Shown one piece after another: positions 39,273 through 49,164 of a DNA stretch of 64,000 bases. This DNA is from Candidatus Poribacteria bacterium. Lineage in GTDB: Bacteria > Poribacteria > WGA-4E > WGA-3G. Where the stretch lies: assembly GCA_965198235.1 (NCBI GenBank), contig OZ240248.1, forward strand, positions 2,144,001 to 2,208,000, read 5' to 3'. The notes beneath the pieces are model-generated. The model ran no database searches, was not told the origin of the DNA, and saw only the letters and a program-made list of their open reading frames with translations. The position numbers and the translations under genes are program-made. Every line of letters begins with the position of its first letter. The first letter of the stretch is position 1.

Positions 39273-39668
39273 ATGAGAATATATGAATTCACACTCATTT
39301 TAACAGCCGACCCGAATGAAGAGGAAGCAGATCGGCTCTATAGTATTTTTGATGATGGAACTATTACCACTGTTGAAGATATCCCTCAGATTCACTTTCA
39401 CCGTGAGGCCTTTTCGTTAGAGTCCGCGGTTGGCTCCGCACTCCTGGATATTCAAAAAGCAGGCTTTGATGCTGCCCATGTGCATATTAAACCGAAAGTT
39501 GTGCTTGGCACAGTAGGCAATATAGATTTACGGGAGCGCGGTATTGACGAAGCCCAGGCGGCAGAAATGCGGGCACGTCTCGCCTCTTTTGCCGAAGATT
39601 GGGAAAGCCCCGAGATGGATGTCTATGACAACTATGATGAGGAAAAAGCCAAGTTACAAACGCGGTGA
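39273..39668 (+). CDS. Putative antitoxin (apparently a two-module fusion)
   Basis: Overlaps mazF; acidic FAEDW..PEMDVYD tail. Confidence 0.6.
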   Translation: MRIYEFTLILTADPNEEEADRLYSIFDDGTITTVEDIPQIHFHREAFSLESAVGSALLDIQKAGFDAAHVHIKPKVVLGTVGNIDLRERGIDEAQAAEMRARLASFAEDWESPEMDVYDNYDEEKAKLQTR

Positions 39669-39999
39669 TGTAATCTTAGCACTCTTTCCAGATTCTGATT
39701 TGCTTTCAGCTAAACCGCGTCCAGGGCTGGTTGTTCAAGCTGACAATCTACAAACAGATTTGCCGCAAGTGATCTTAGCGATGATTACCAGCAACATGTT
39801 TCGGACTAATCACCCGAGTCGTGTCCCTGTTTTACTTGCCACCCCAGAAGGACAACAATCGGGGTTAATTATGGATTCGGTAGTGATGACTGATAACCTC
39901 GCCACAGTCGCAGAATCTGCAATTGACCGAGTCATTGGTTCGATTCCAATGGGAAACATTGACGCATCTTTGCGACATACCTTGAATCTAAACCGTTGA
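39634..39999 (+). CDS. mazF: PemK/MazF family toxin
   Basis: YKRGDVILALFP..KPRPGLVVQ..AMITS..DSVVMTDNL. Confidence 0.85.
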   Translation: MMRKKPSYKRGDVILALFPDSDLLSAKPRPGLVVQADNLQTDLPQVILAMITSNMFRTNHPSRVPVLLATPEGQQSGLIMDSVVMTDNLATVAESAIDRVIGSIPMGNIDASLRHTLNLNR

Positions 40000-41849
40000 T
40001 GAATATTGGCGGAGCTCGCTTCAAAAGCGAATCTACATTCGTAAAAATCGTTCTACTTTGCATTCTGATTGCCTCAGCGGTTTTGGTGCTGCGGAACCTT
40101 GGGCACAGTGGCATTACGTATTGGGATGAAGGGTTTCACGCCGTCGTTGCACGGAATTTGACGAAACATCCGCTCAAATTCACGCTCTACGACCAACCGT
40201 GGCTCCCTTATGACTATAAAGGGTGGGGAGAGAACCACATTTGGCTACACAAACCGCCTGTCGCCATGTGGACAATCTGGCTCTCACACCTTATTTTCGG
40301 TATCAATACGTTCGCGCTTCGGTTGCCATCGGCAATAAGTTTAGTTGTGACCACGTGGTTGACTTTTCGAATCGCTTCGGATCTCTTTGACAAACGGGCA
40401 GGACTCATTGCAGCGTTTCTCCAGGCATTTAACCCGTTTCTCTTTGAGTCCGTTCACGGTTATCGCTATTCGGACCACATCGACATCGCTTTGTTGCTCT
40501 GGGTACAGGTTTCGTGTTGGTTCCTGCTTCGAGCGGTTCGGACCGGAAAACGGAGAAATTACATCTTATCCGGCGTTGCGATGGGTGTTGCGTATTTGTC
40601 GAAAAGTTACCTCGCGCTCATCACCTTTGGCGTTGCGTCGGTCGTTTGGGGGGTCGCCTGGTATACTGGACAGGGCAATCCGAGATCCAAAGATCACAGC
40701 CCAAGCATCGCGCCGGGCGGATATACGGAAAGGAACGGGAAAACCTCAAGCCCTTCTGACCGAACCGCAAGGAAAATTAAAAAAAGTGACATCGGTTTAC
40801 AACTCTTGGCGGCAATTGCGACGGTGGCACCTTGGACAATCTATTGCCTGATCTACTATCGCAAAGAATTCCTATGGGAACACAAACGCGTGCTCGATCA
40901 TCTCAACACCGATATCGAAAGCTGGGGAGCGAGTTGGGATCGACCGCTGTTTGATTACATGCCACTGTTTTATCCGGTGTTCTATGTCGCCCTCATTGCG
41001 GCGGTGTTCTGTCTAATAGTGGTCATGTTCAAACGTTGGCAGTTAGCGGAACTCTTTGTGTTAGCGTGGGGTATCGGTGTGATTGTCCCGCACACGCTCG
41101 CGCAGACGAAAACACCATCGGCAACAATGATTGCTGTGCCACCGCTATTGATTTGTTTCGCAGCGGTCATCAGCCGAGCATGGCAACGACGCGACTGGAT
41201 TTACACCGCTATTTGGATGGCGGGGATGCTTGTGATTATTATCATCTCCGGTGGACGTACCTTGGTCCAGAGCCGAGACCAATTCGATGGACTCAAAAGG
41301 ATTGCTCCGTTTATCCAGACGAATTTCTGGATTGTTGAGCAGCTTATCGGGTTCGGAATATTGCTCGCGATTTTCGCCGGTGTGTATATGCTGGTTCGTC
41401 ACCGCAATGTGCAAAGGTGGATATGGCTTGGGCTCCGAACGGTTGCACTGATAATTGCGTTGTTCTATGCAGGACGCTATGTGCATACCGCTTACAGGGT
41501 CACCGAACGGAACAGCAAGGTCCCCCTGTATGAAGCGAGTGGGCACCGTCTCCAACGTGAAATGCCAGAGAATGCCTGCTTCTTTCTTGACGATGAGCGT
41601 GTCGGCGCGCACTTTGATTTGATGTATTACGCCGACCGGTCAACATATCAGATTTACAATGAGCACATGAAGGAGCCTCGCGATTTCAAGAGCCAAGCCA
41701 AGATAGCACGTAAAGCGGGTGCGATTCCCTATCTTTTCTCTGTCAAAGAAACGACTTATAATTATCCGTTGTTCATTGAAGGCAAGGTGGACATCGGAAA
41801 TGGAAAAATGCAACAGTATCGGGTTTTTGAAATTACGGAGACCCGATGA
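39996..41849 (+). CDS. ArnT/PMT-family (GT39/GT83-like) glycosyltransferase
   Basis: WDEG.HA, HKPP, FALRLPS motifs; many TM helices; contains an in-frame repeat insertion. Confidence 0.82.
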   Translation: MMNIGGARFKSESTFVKIVLLCILIASAVLVLRNLGHSGITYWDEGFHAVVARNLTKHPLKFTLYDQPWLPYDYKGWGENHIWLHKPPVAMWTIWLSHLIFGINTFALRLPSAISLVVTTWLTFRIASDLFDKRAGLIAAFLQAFNPFLFESVHGYRYSDHIDIALLLWVQVSCWFLLRAVRTGKRRNYILSGVAMGVAYLSKSYLALITFGVASVVWGVAWYTGQGNPRSKDHSPSIAPGGYTERNGKTSSPSDRTARKIKKSDIGLQLLAAIATVAPWTIYCLIYYRKEFLWEHKRVLDHLNTDIESWGASWDRPLFDYMPLFYPVFYVALIAAVFCLIVVMFKRWQLAELFVLAWGIGVIVPHTLAQTKTPSATMIAVPPLLICFAAVISRAWQRRDWIYTAIWMAGMLVIIIISGGRTLVQSRDQFDGLKRIAPFIQTNFWIVEQLIGFGILLAIFAGVYMLVRHRNVQRWIWLGLRTVALIIALFYAGRYVHTAYRVTERNSKVPLYEASGHRLQREMPENACFFLDDERVGAHFDLMYYADRSTYQIYNEHMKEPRDFKSQAKIARKAGAIPYLFSVKETTYNYPLFIEGKVDIGNGKMQQYRVFEITETR

Positions 41850-41890
41850 TTGGATGAATTGCAAGTTGTGAATTATAGTTTAATATCTAT

Positions 41891-42184
41891 ATGAGAATTA
41901 TATCACGCAGTGCTTTAAGAGAATTTTGGGCAAAATATCCCGAGACTGAAGGATCTCTTCAAGCGTGGTATGCTAATGTGAAACGTGCCAATTGGAAAAC
42001 ACCATCTGATGTTAAAGCAATTTATCGAAATGCCAGTTTCATTCAGAACAACCGCGTTGTGTTTAATATTATAGGCAATTCCTACCGTTTGATAGTGGCA
42101 ATTAATTATCAATATGGCATTGTTTACGTCCGATTTGTTGGGACACACCAAGCCTATAATAGGATTAACGCCGCTACAATCTGA
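41891..42184 (+). CDS. higB: HigB family toxin
   Basis: MRIIS...LREFW, RVVFNI.GNSYRLI, FVGTH..Y. Confidence 0.92.
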   Translation: MRIISRSALREFWAKYPETEGSLQAWYANVKRANWKTPSDVKAIYRNASFIQNNRVVFNIIGNSYRLIVAINYQYGIVYVRFVGTHQAYNRINAATI

Positions 42185-42194
42185 GGTGATTACA

Positions 42195-42569
42195 ATGGAA
42201 ATTAAACCAATTAAGACCGAAGCGGACTATGAAGCTGCGCTGAAGGAGATAGAACAGCTTTGGGGATCAAGTTATGGCTCACCAGCGGGGGATAAACTTG
42301 ATGTGCTCGTCACGTTGGTGGAAATTTATGAAGAGGAGCATTATCCCATTCCGCCGCCAGATCCTATTGAGGCAATTCTGCACTACATGGAAAATCAAGG
42401 GTTATCCGAACGCGATCTTGAACCTTATCTCGGTTCGCGTCCGTGCGTGTCAGAAGTCTTGACTCGTCAACGCAGTTTATCTCTGGACATGATTCGGAAA
42501 TTGCACATGGAGCTTGGAATACCAGCGGATATTTTGGTGCAACCTTATGCATTACGAGCAGCTTTATGA
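42195..42569 (+). CDS. higA: HigA family HTH antitoxin
   Basis: IKPIKTEADYEAAL, YEEEHYPI.PPDPIEAI, LSLDMIRKLH. Confidence 0.92.
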   Translation: MEIKPIKTEADYEAALKEIEQLWGSSYGSPAGDKLDVLVTLVEIYEEEHYPIPPPDPIEAILHYMENQGLSERDLEPYLGSRPCVSEVLTRQRSLSLDMIRKLHMELGIPADILVQPYALRAAL

Positions 42570-42669
42570 ACATCTTTGATTTTTACTGGAATCATTTTTT
42601 CACTACATTTCCAGCAAGAACGATTTGTTATCGCAACATTCAGTAAATATATGAGGTGAAACGCAAACT

Positions 42670-45648
42670 ATGAAATTATTGCGATTTATATGCTTATCTA
42701 CAATTCTTGTACTCGTCGTGGTATCGGTGAGGGCAGACGTGGATTGGAAAGCACTCGATGTCGGTAACCTATCGTCTGCCATCTATAATACAGCAGTCGT
42801 TGGGTTTCCGAGTAACCCCACCGCGAATCCGTCAGGATGGTGGCCCGCAGGCACAAACGATTCCTATATCTATGAAGGCGACATCTGGATCGGTGCGAAG
42901 AAAGGTGGGGAAATTGGCGTTTCTGAATCGGATGGCAGGCAAAGTGAAATTTGGCCCACTGACGACGTGCCAGAAGTTATCTCAAACAAACCCGGTGTAA
43001 CGACAAAAGAAACGCCGACGAACCAAGCGATCATGTTCAAATGCTCTGACACAAACCCTGAAGCAAATAAAGATTTGATTCTCGGTTTAGAACTGGAAGT
43101 CAACGGATTCCAATGGAGTTACGCACCGCTCTATGACTTCTTTATTCTGGAGTATAACGTCAAAAATGTTGGCAGCGACATGCTTGAAGACGTATTTATG
43201 GCGTTCCGTTACGATGTGGATATCTCCAGTAACGAGACAGGAACAGCAAGCTACTCCGCAGATGACTTCGTTGCCCTGGATCAGACCCCAGATGCTCTCA
43301 ATCCCGTCGATCACTCCAACCGTTACCTTTCTTACGGATTCTCCAACGCGTCCGCACCTGGATATATCGGCTTACGGGTATTGGATGCGTATAGTGGGGA
43401 TAATGCAGAGGATCCAGCGGCAAAAATCCCTTTTGCAGCACACAAACGGATTACCATCTCCACGGACCCAACCACTGATGCGGAGATGTACGCACTTATC
43501 AGTACACCCGGTGTTGAACCACTTCCTGCAAACTACGACGATCAACGCTTTATCCAATCTTACGGACCTGTTACGTCACTCGCTCCCGGTGAGTCATTCA
43601 ATATCATTATCGCTGTAGCAATCGGTGAGGGGCTTGCGGGTTTGCAAGCCTCTTCGGACTGGGCACAGAAGTTATATGACGATGGCTACGTCGCACCGGC
43701 ACCGCCGCCTTCCCCATTAGTAGCCGCTTATCCTGCCGATAAACAGGTGACACTCGTCTGGGAAAGCGAGGGACGCTGGGTTGATGCTGGAGCCAGCAAG
43801 AGCATCGAAGAATATATTGATGTGACCGATCCAGAGAAAATCTTTGAAGGATACCGGGTTTATAGGCGCGATGTCTCTTATAATGAGTCCACTGGCAATC
43901 CGGTCGAAGATTGGACGATGCTAATGGAGTTCGATAAGCCGAGTGCAACCGGCAATTTCTTTACGGTCTCGCACGTCGGTAAGCAGTCGGATGCCACGAT
44001 CGAGAGCATGGGCGATGAACTTTTCTTCGCCGATTTCTTCAAAAGTGCCATCTATGTCATCAAGTTCAACTCCAGCACGAGTTTTGAAGTCGTTAACACG
44101 ACGTTATGGGAAGTTATGGCATATAACCCTGCCTTTCCAGCAAACGGCGGCGGATACGTTGTCATCAAAGATCCAAATACAGGTGAACCGTACCCCGACG
44201 GGACATATCGTTCCGGTGCTCAAATCTACTTTGGTGGACTCTATGTGCAAATTACCGATGGTCCCTCAGGACCACCTGTCGCTGGGGACATCTTCCAAGT
44301 CGTCTCGACCCCCTCACAGGCACTCGGTGAGGACGCAGGCATCAAGAATTTTTACACCGACGCAGGATTAACCAATGGACTTGAGTACACTTATGCGGTG
44401 ACCTCGTATGATACAGGCAACCCGAAAACCGGGTTAATCGCGATGGAGAGTAGCCAAATTGAGACGATGGTCCATGTTGTTCCGCGCGCCCAACCTGCCG
44501 GATACCGAGGACCTACCGCTGAAATAGAACAGCAGGGACAGGGGAGTATTACCGTCGAACCGATGGTGCTCGCACCGAACCAGGTAACGGGGCATCAATA
44601 CAAGATGGTCTGGTCTGGTGCAAAACAGATAGGTCCCGCAGCATATATCACCGGTCCCGGATATCAACCACCCGCTTATGAGATCGTCGATATGACGACC
44701 GACGAGACTGTCGTTGAGCTACAATCCTTTGACTGGTTCGACCCCGACCACGGCGAGGCTGTTGAAGTGCTCTCCCCGATGTTCGACGGTATCGTTTTGA
44801 AGATAATAGGGGTTAACGTGTTCTACGGCAGTCCAATGGAAAATCCGATTAACGACGTTAAACTGACAGCAGGCACAGTAACAGGATGGGAAGTGAACAT
44901 CCAATCCCCCGGTTTCGGTGAGAACACCTGGCCCAATATCTATTGGGCAACGTACTATCGTCCGCATACGTATTCCATCACATTTGTCGACGATTCGCAC
45001 GTCAAGGTGGTAGATGAAGATATGGATGAAGAAATTCAATTCAACGACCAGCGCGCCGCTGGATACGCGATCCTGACAGCCACCGGCTGGCGTGATACAT
45101 ATAATCCAGCGGAAACACCAGGTTTCTTCCGGATTTACATCCGAGGTGGCTACGTCTTTATAAAGGATCCGAACGGCGAAATCTCCGCTGGAGATGTCTT
45201 CACTGTTGAAATGGGGGGTGTTAGCGCGCCACAAGACGGTGATCAATTCATCCTGAATACAAAAGGGGAGACGCTCTCGCCGGAAGATATTGAAGCCGAT
45301 CTTGGACGGATTCGTGTCGTGCCAAACCCCTATTTTGTCACAAATAGAGCGGTGACTTCCGAAGGAACGGACAAAATTTTCTTCACACACCTCCCACCAC
45401 GGTGTACGATACGGATTTACACATTAGCGGGTGAATTGGTACGAACACTTGAGCACGAGAACACTGCCCTTTATAATCCGGATGAACGTTTGGCACAGGG
45501 CGACAAGGGTGGAACAGCATCATTTGAACTTCTCAATCGCTACAATCAAGCACTCGCAAGTGGCGTTTATATCTTTCATGTTGAAGCCAGAGACGAAAGT
45601 GACGAAGTCGTCGGTAACAAAATCGGTAGATTTGCTATTATCCGATAA
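42670..45648 (+). CDS. Large secreted protein with Fn3-like segments and T9SS-like C-terminal domain
   Basis: Signal peptide; PAPPPSP..VTLVW, FEGYRVYR, YTYAVTSYD, IRVVPNPY..FTHLP..IRIYTLAGELV..ASGVY..GRFAIIR. Confidence 0.75.
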   Translation: MKLLRFICLSTILVLVVVSVRADVDWKALDVGNLSSAIYNTAVVGFPSNPTANPSGWWPAGTNDSYIYEGDIWIGAKKGGEIGVSESDGRQSEIWPTDDVPEVISNKPGVTTKETPTNQAIMFKCSDTNPEANKDLILGLELEVNGFQWSYAPLYDFFILEYNVKNVGSDMLEDVFMAFRYDVDISSNETGTASYSADDFVALDQTPDALNPVDHSNRYLSYGFSNASAPGYIGLRVLDAYSGDNAEDPAAKIPFAAHKRITISTDPTTDAEMYALISTPGVEPLPANYDDQRFIQSYGPVTSLAPGESFNIIIAVAIGEGLAGLQASSDWAQKLYDDGYVAPAPPPSPLVAAYPADKQVTLVWESEGRWVDAGASKSIEEYIDVTDPEKIFEGYRVYRRDVSYNESTGNPVEDWTMLMEFDKPSATGNFFTVSHVGKQSDATIESMGDELFFADFFKSAIYVIKFNSSTSFEVVNTTLWEVMAYNPAFPANGGGYVVIKDPNTGEPYPDGTYRSGAQIYFGGLYVQITDGPSGPPVAGDIFQVVSTPSQALGEDAGIKNFYTDAGLTNGLEYTYAVTSYDTGNPKTGLIAMESSQIETMVHVVPRAQPAGYRGPTAEIEQQGQGSITVEPMVLAPNQVTGHQYKMVWSGAKQIGPAAYITGPGYQPPAYEIVDMTTDETVVELQSFDWFDPDHGEAVEVLSPMFDGIVLKIIGVNVFYGSPMENPINDVKLTAGTVTGWEVNIQSPGFGENTWPNIYWATYYRPHTYSITFVDDSHVKVVDEDMDEEIQFNDQRAAGYAILTATGWRDTYNPAETPGFFRIYIRGGYVFIKDPNGEISAGDVFTVEMGGVSAPQDGDQFILNTKGETLSPEDIEADLGRIRVVPNPYFVTNRAVTSEGTDKIFFTHLPPRCTIRIYTLAGELVRTLEHENTALYNPDERLAQGDKGGTASFELLNRYNQALASGVYIFHVEARDESDEVVGNKIGRFAIIR

Positions 45649-45829
45649 CACGTTCCTTTTTATTAATCAACTGAGGATTTCCGTTCTACAGAGCACCCAG
45701 CCCGTAATGAAATGGAGGGGTGTTTTTGATAGGGTATTTCTGCGTATTGCTTGGATATTTCTTCAGATATACGACGGAGAACGTGAAAACCATAACTCGC
45801 TTGACCGAACCGCAAGGAAAATTAAAAAA

Positions 45830-46894
45830 ATGCGACATATAATTTGTACGCTATTATTCATACTTCTTTTATTGTGGGGTGTTCCCGGTCATGCCACAAC
45901 CAATGTCGGCACGGCAGGTGCCCAGTTTCTGAAAATCGGTCCCGGTGCACGGGTAGACAGCCTTGGTGGTGCGTTTGGCGCGCTTGCCAATGATGTAACC
46001 AGTATCTACTGGAATCCAGCAGGAATAAGCCAACTCGAGAAAACCAGTTTTTCAGACACGCATACCGTCTGGCTTGCCGATGTCCGTTATAACTATCTGG
46101 CATTCGCAACGCCGATAAAAAATATCGGCACCTTGGGCGCGAGTGTCACATTCCTCAATGTCCCTGATACGGAGATCACCACGCTGGCAAAGCCGGATGG
46201 TACGGATCTCTGGTATTCTGCATGGGATACTGCTGTCTCGCTGGCGTATGCCCGGCAGCTTTACGAACAGGAATCCGGCGTTAAACTGTCTTTCGGTATT
46301 AATGCTAAATACATCCACCAGCAGATCCATCGGGAAAGTGCCAAAGGGGTTGCTATTGATGTTGGTACCTTATACCATACGGGTTGGCGAAGTTTACGGA
46401 TCGGAATGTGTTTCTCAAACTTTGGACCGGAAATGCGCTTTGGCGGACCTGATTTGGCAAGCGGTGCTGAGGTTGCAGGTGACCCAAGGATAGGAGACTA
46501 CCGTCCGTTTCCAGACACAACGAATCCGGCACGTAAAGCGGCATTAGAGACGATTGAATTCCCGCTACCTTCCAATTTCCGGCTCGGACTCGCCTACGAT
46601 ATCATTGATTCTGGTAGTAATCTCCTCACCCTTGCACTCGATGCCAACCACCCCAACGACAACAGCGAGCGTTTGAACATTGGTATGGAGTATTGGTACA
46701 GAAAAATGGCGGCGATTCGTGGGGGTTACAAATTCCGATTGGGTGAAGACCGCCTCGACGATGAAGAGGGGCTTACACTCGGTTTGGGTATCCACCTGAA
46801 CCTTGGCAAGAGAGTCCTTTCCCTCGATTATGCCTATGCGGACTTCGGACACCTACAACAGGTACACCGGGTGAGTTTGGGGTTACAGTTTTAG
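45830..46894 (+). CDS. PorV/PorQ (UPF0164) family outer-membrane beta-barrel
   Basis: GTAGAQFLKIGPGAR..LGGAF..SIYWNPAG; DYAY..G.L..VHRVSLGLQF. Confidence 0.85.
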   Translation: MRHIICTLLFILLLLWGVPGHATTNVGTAGAQFLKIGPGARVDSLGGAFGALANDVTSIYWNPAGISQLEKTSFSDTHTVWLADVRYNYLAFATPIKNIGTLGASVTFLNVPDTEITTLAKPDGTDLWYSAWDTAVSLAYARQLYEQESGVKLSFGINAKYIHQQIHRESAKGVAIDVGTLYHTGWRSLRIGMCFSNFGPEMRFGGPDLASGAEVAGDPRIGDYRPFPDTTNPARKAALETIEFPLPSNFRLGLAYDIIDSGSNLLTLALDANHPNDNSERLNIGMEYWYRKMAAIRGGYKFRLGEDRLDDEEGLTLGLGIHLNLGKRVLSLDYAYADFGHLQQVHRVSLGLQF

Positions 46895-47021
46895 AACGCG
46901 ATAAGACAGAGAACTGAATAGCCCTAAATTTGCTTCAAAACCCGTTGCTAATACAGAGTCGTTGTGCTATAATAGATATGGATCAATTCATTAACACCCT
47001 TTGAGTAAGGAGTGGATAGAA

Positions 47022-47255
47022 ATGGCAAACGAACGCTTAACACTCGAAGAGATGGAACAGAAATACCCAGATGAATGGCTCTTTATTATCGACTGTGAAA
47101 TCAGCAAAAATACGGAGTTGCTATCCGGGGTAGTTGCCGTCCATAGCGAATCTGAGGATGATATTCATGAGGCCTCAATGCACTACAAAGGTGGTGCAGC
47201 CATACATTATACAGGTAGACTTCTTCCAGAGGGGATAGGAGGATTCCTATTGTAA
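47022..47255 (+). CDS. Small hypothetical protein of a type usually preceding retropepsin-like proteases
   Basis: RBS AAGGAG; EM..KYPDEW...G.V..HS motif. Confidence 0.6.
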   Translation: MANERLTLEEMEQKYPDEWLFIIDCEISKNTELLSGVVAVHSESEDDIHEASMHYKGGAAIHYTGRLLPEGIGGFLL

Positions 47256-47320
47256 TGGGGTACGTCTCCTTTAACCCCGTCTCATTCTCAACCGGAACTA
47301 TTGAACTTCACCCACACTAA
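47255..47320 (+). pseudogene. 21-aa remnant, possibly N- and C-termini of a deleted aspartyl protease
   Basis: TAATG coupling; MGYVSFNPVSFSTGTIELHPH*. Confidence 0.35.
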
Positions 47321-47385
47321 TTCTGTCTTGAAGGAACATCACTTTCAAAAGCAAATTTCGGAAACTTGCAAACCACACGAAAAAT

Positions 47386-48789
47386 ATGACTAACAAACCG
47401 AACATCGTTTATCTCCTCGCCGATCAGATCCGCGCCTGCTCGTTGCCCGTATACGGCGATACGCAGATCGAAACACCGCACATTGATCGGCTCGCGCAGG
47501 AAGGCACCGTTTTTTCAAACGCAATCGCTACCGCACCCGTCTGCACCCCCTATCGTTCCATGCTACTCACCGGACGGCACCCACAGACAACCGGACATCT
47601 CATTAATTTCGTCAGAACTCGGCATGATGAAATCGGGCTCGGTGATGTTTTCAGCAGAAACGGTTACCGGACGGCATGGGTTGGAAAGTGGCACCTCCAC
47701 ACGGGTTCATTCCCGGAAATCGGTGGACGCGACTACGTCCCCGAAGGACGCGATCGCCTTGGATTCCAACATTGGCGCGGCTATAACTTCCACACCGACT
47801 ATTTCAACGGGACGGTGAACCTCAACGATTGGCGGAACGAAAAATGGGAAGGTTACGAAACCGATGCCCTGAACCGATACGCCTTCCAGTTCATGGACGA
47901 CGTGAACGATGATACACCGTTCTGTCTGTTTATCTCTCCGCATCAAGCACACTCCACACCTTACGAGTTTGCGCCACAGGAATATTACGATCGGCTCCCC
48001 GATGAACTCCAATTGCCAGAGAATGTGCCTGACGCAATTAAAGCGGAGTCGTTAGAAATCTACCGACATTATCTTGCTATGACGTTAACGGTGGACGATA
48101 TGCTCGGCGAACTGATGATGTATCTCGAAAAAACGGGACGCGTCGAAAACACGCTGCTCGTTTTCGGATCCGACCACGGAACGCAGGGCGGCGGACAAGG
48201 TATCAATTTCTGGGCGAAGCGGGAACCTTACGAAGAATCCATCAAAGTGCCACTGATTATGCGTCTGCCCGGCGTTTTCGATGGGAATCGCACCTGTGAC
48301 ACGCTCACCTCCCCCGTAGATCTGTTTCCATCGCTTTGTGGGTTATGTGGCATCCATCCACCTCGGACAGTCGAAGGCTACGATCTGTCCGCGTCTTGGC
48401 GCGGCGATACTGATGCCCTCGAACAGGATGCCGTTTTGACAATGAACTTTGGATCGACCTACGATTACCTTATTGATGGTAACGAGTGGCGCGGTGTCCG
48501 CACAAAAACGCACAGTTACGCACGTTGGCTCGATGGCAAACGGGTGCTGTACGACGTAGAGACAGATCCGCTGCAGATGAACAATCTGGTTGACACACCC
48601 GCAGCGAAGTCGTTAGCGGACGAAATGGAGAACACCCTCACAAACTTGATGGATGCTCGAAACGACAAACTCCAGCCCGCGACAGGTTACACGGATTGGT
48701 ACGACCTGCAGCGCCGTATCGTCCGCAACGCCCACGGTCCCCTCGGCGATCCGGAAGATGAACCTGATTGGTCACTACTAAAAAGATAG
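47386..48789 (+). CDS. Formylglycine-dependent sulfatase
   Basis: KPNIVYLLADQ, CTPYRSMLLTG, GKWHL, SDHG. Confidence 0.93.
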   Translation: MTNKPNIVYLLADQIRACSLPVYGDTQIETPHIDRLAQEGTVFSNAIATAPVCTPYRSMLLTGRHPQTTGHLINFVRTRHDEIGLGDVFSRNGYRTAWVGKWHLHTGSFPEIGGRDYVPEGRDRLGFQHWRGYNFHTDYFNGTVNLNDWRNEKWEGYETDALNRYAFQFMDDVNDDTPFCLFISPHQAHSTPYEFAPQEYYDRLPDELQLPENVPDAIKAESLEIYRHYLAMTLTVDDMLGELMMYLEKTGRVENTLLVFGSDHGTQGGGQGINFWAKREPYEESIKVPLIMRLPGVFDGNRTCDTLTSPVDLFPSLCGLCGIHPPRTVEGYDLSASWRGDTDALEQDAVLTMNFGSTYDYLIDGNEWRGVRTKTHSYARWLDGKRVLYDVETDPLQMNNLVDTPAAKSLADEMENTLTNLMDARNDKLQPATGYTDWYDLQRRIVRNAHGPLGDPEDEPDWSLLKR

Positions 48790-49164
48790 CACCTTCACAA
48801 CACCCAGCGACAGACGAGGTTTTCAGTTCGTAGTAGGGCAATTCATTGCCCGTCCGCTACTGGCGCGGTTTCCAACCTTGCTTGACCCTACAATCGATAG
48901 GTGTGGTTTCCTAACCCTACCGAAACCGACAAAACACCTCATCCTTTTTAGCCCCGTAGGGTTTATTTGCTTGGGTGTTTCTCAATTTCTTCGAATTTTC
49001 CCAAAACCGAAAATTGTATGGCTCTGACAACCTGCGTGAAAACATTGGCAATTTTGATATAATGTGCTATACTTCTTTGTATGACTTAAACCTCAGTAAG
49101 AAGTACATCTGACCATCTATACCGATGAATCTGCCGTAGTAAAGTTTGTTAGTGGACAGCATTA

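Noticed and set aside
36707-42669. Integron cassette array
   Set aside because: Gene content is cassette-like, but I found no attC-type RYYYAAC/GTTRRRY sites and no integrase
45431-45829. N-terminal extension of the PorV-like ORF
   Set aside because: Overlaps the upstream gene and repeat DNA; the signal peptide begins at 45830
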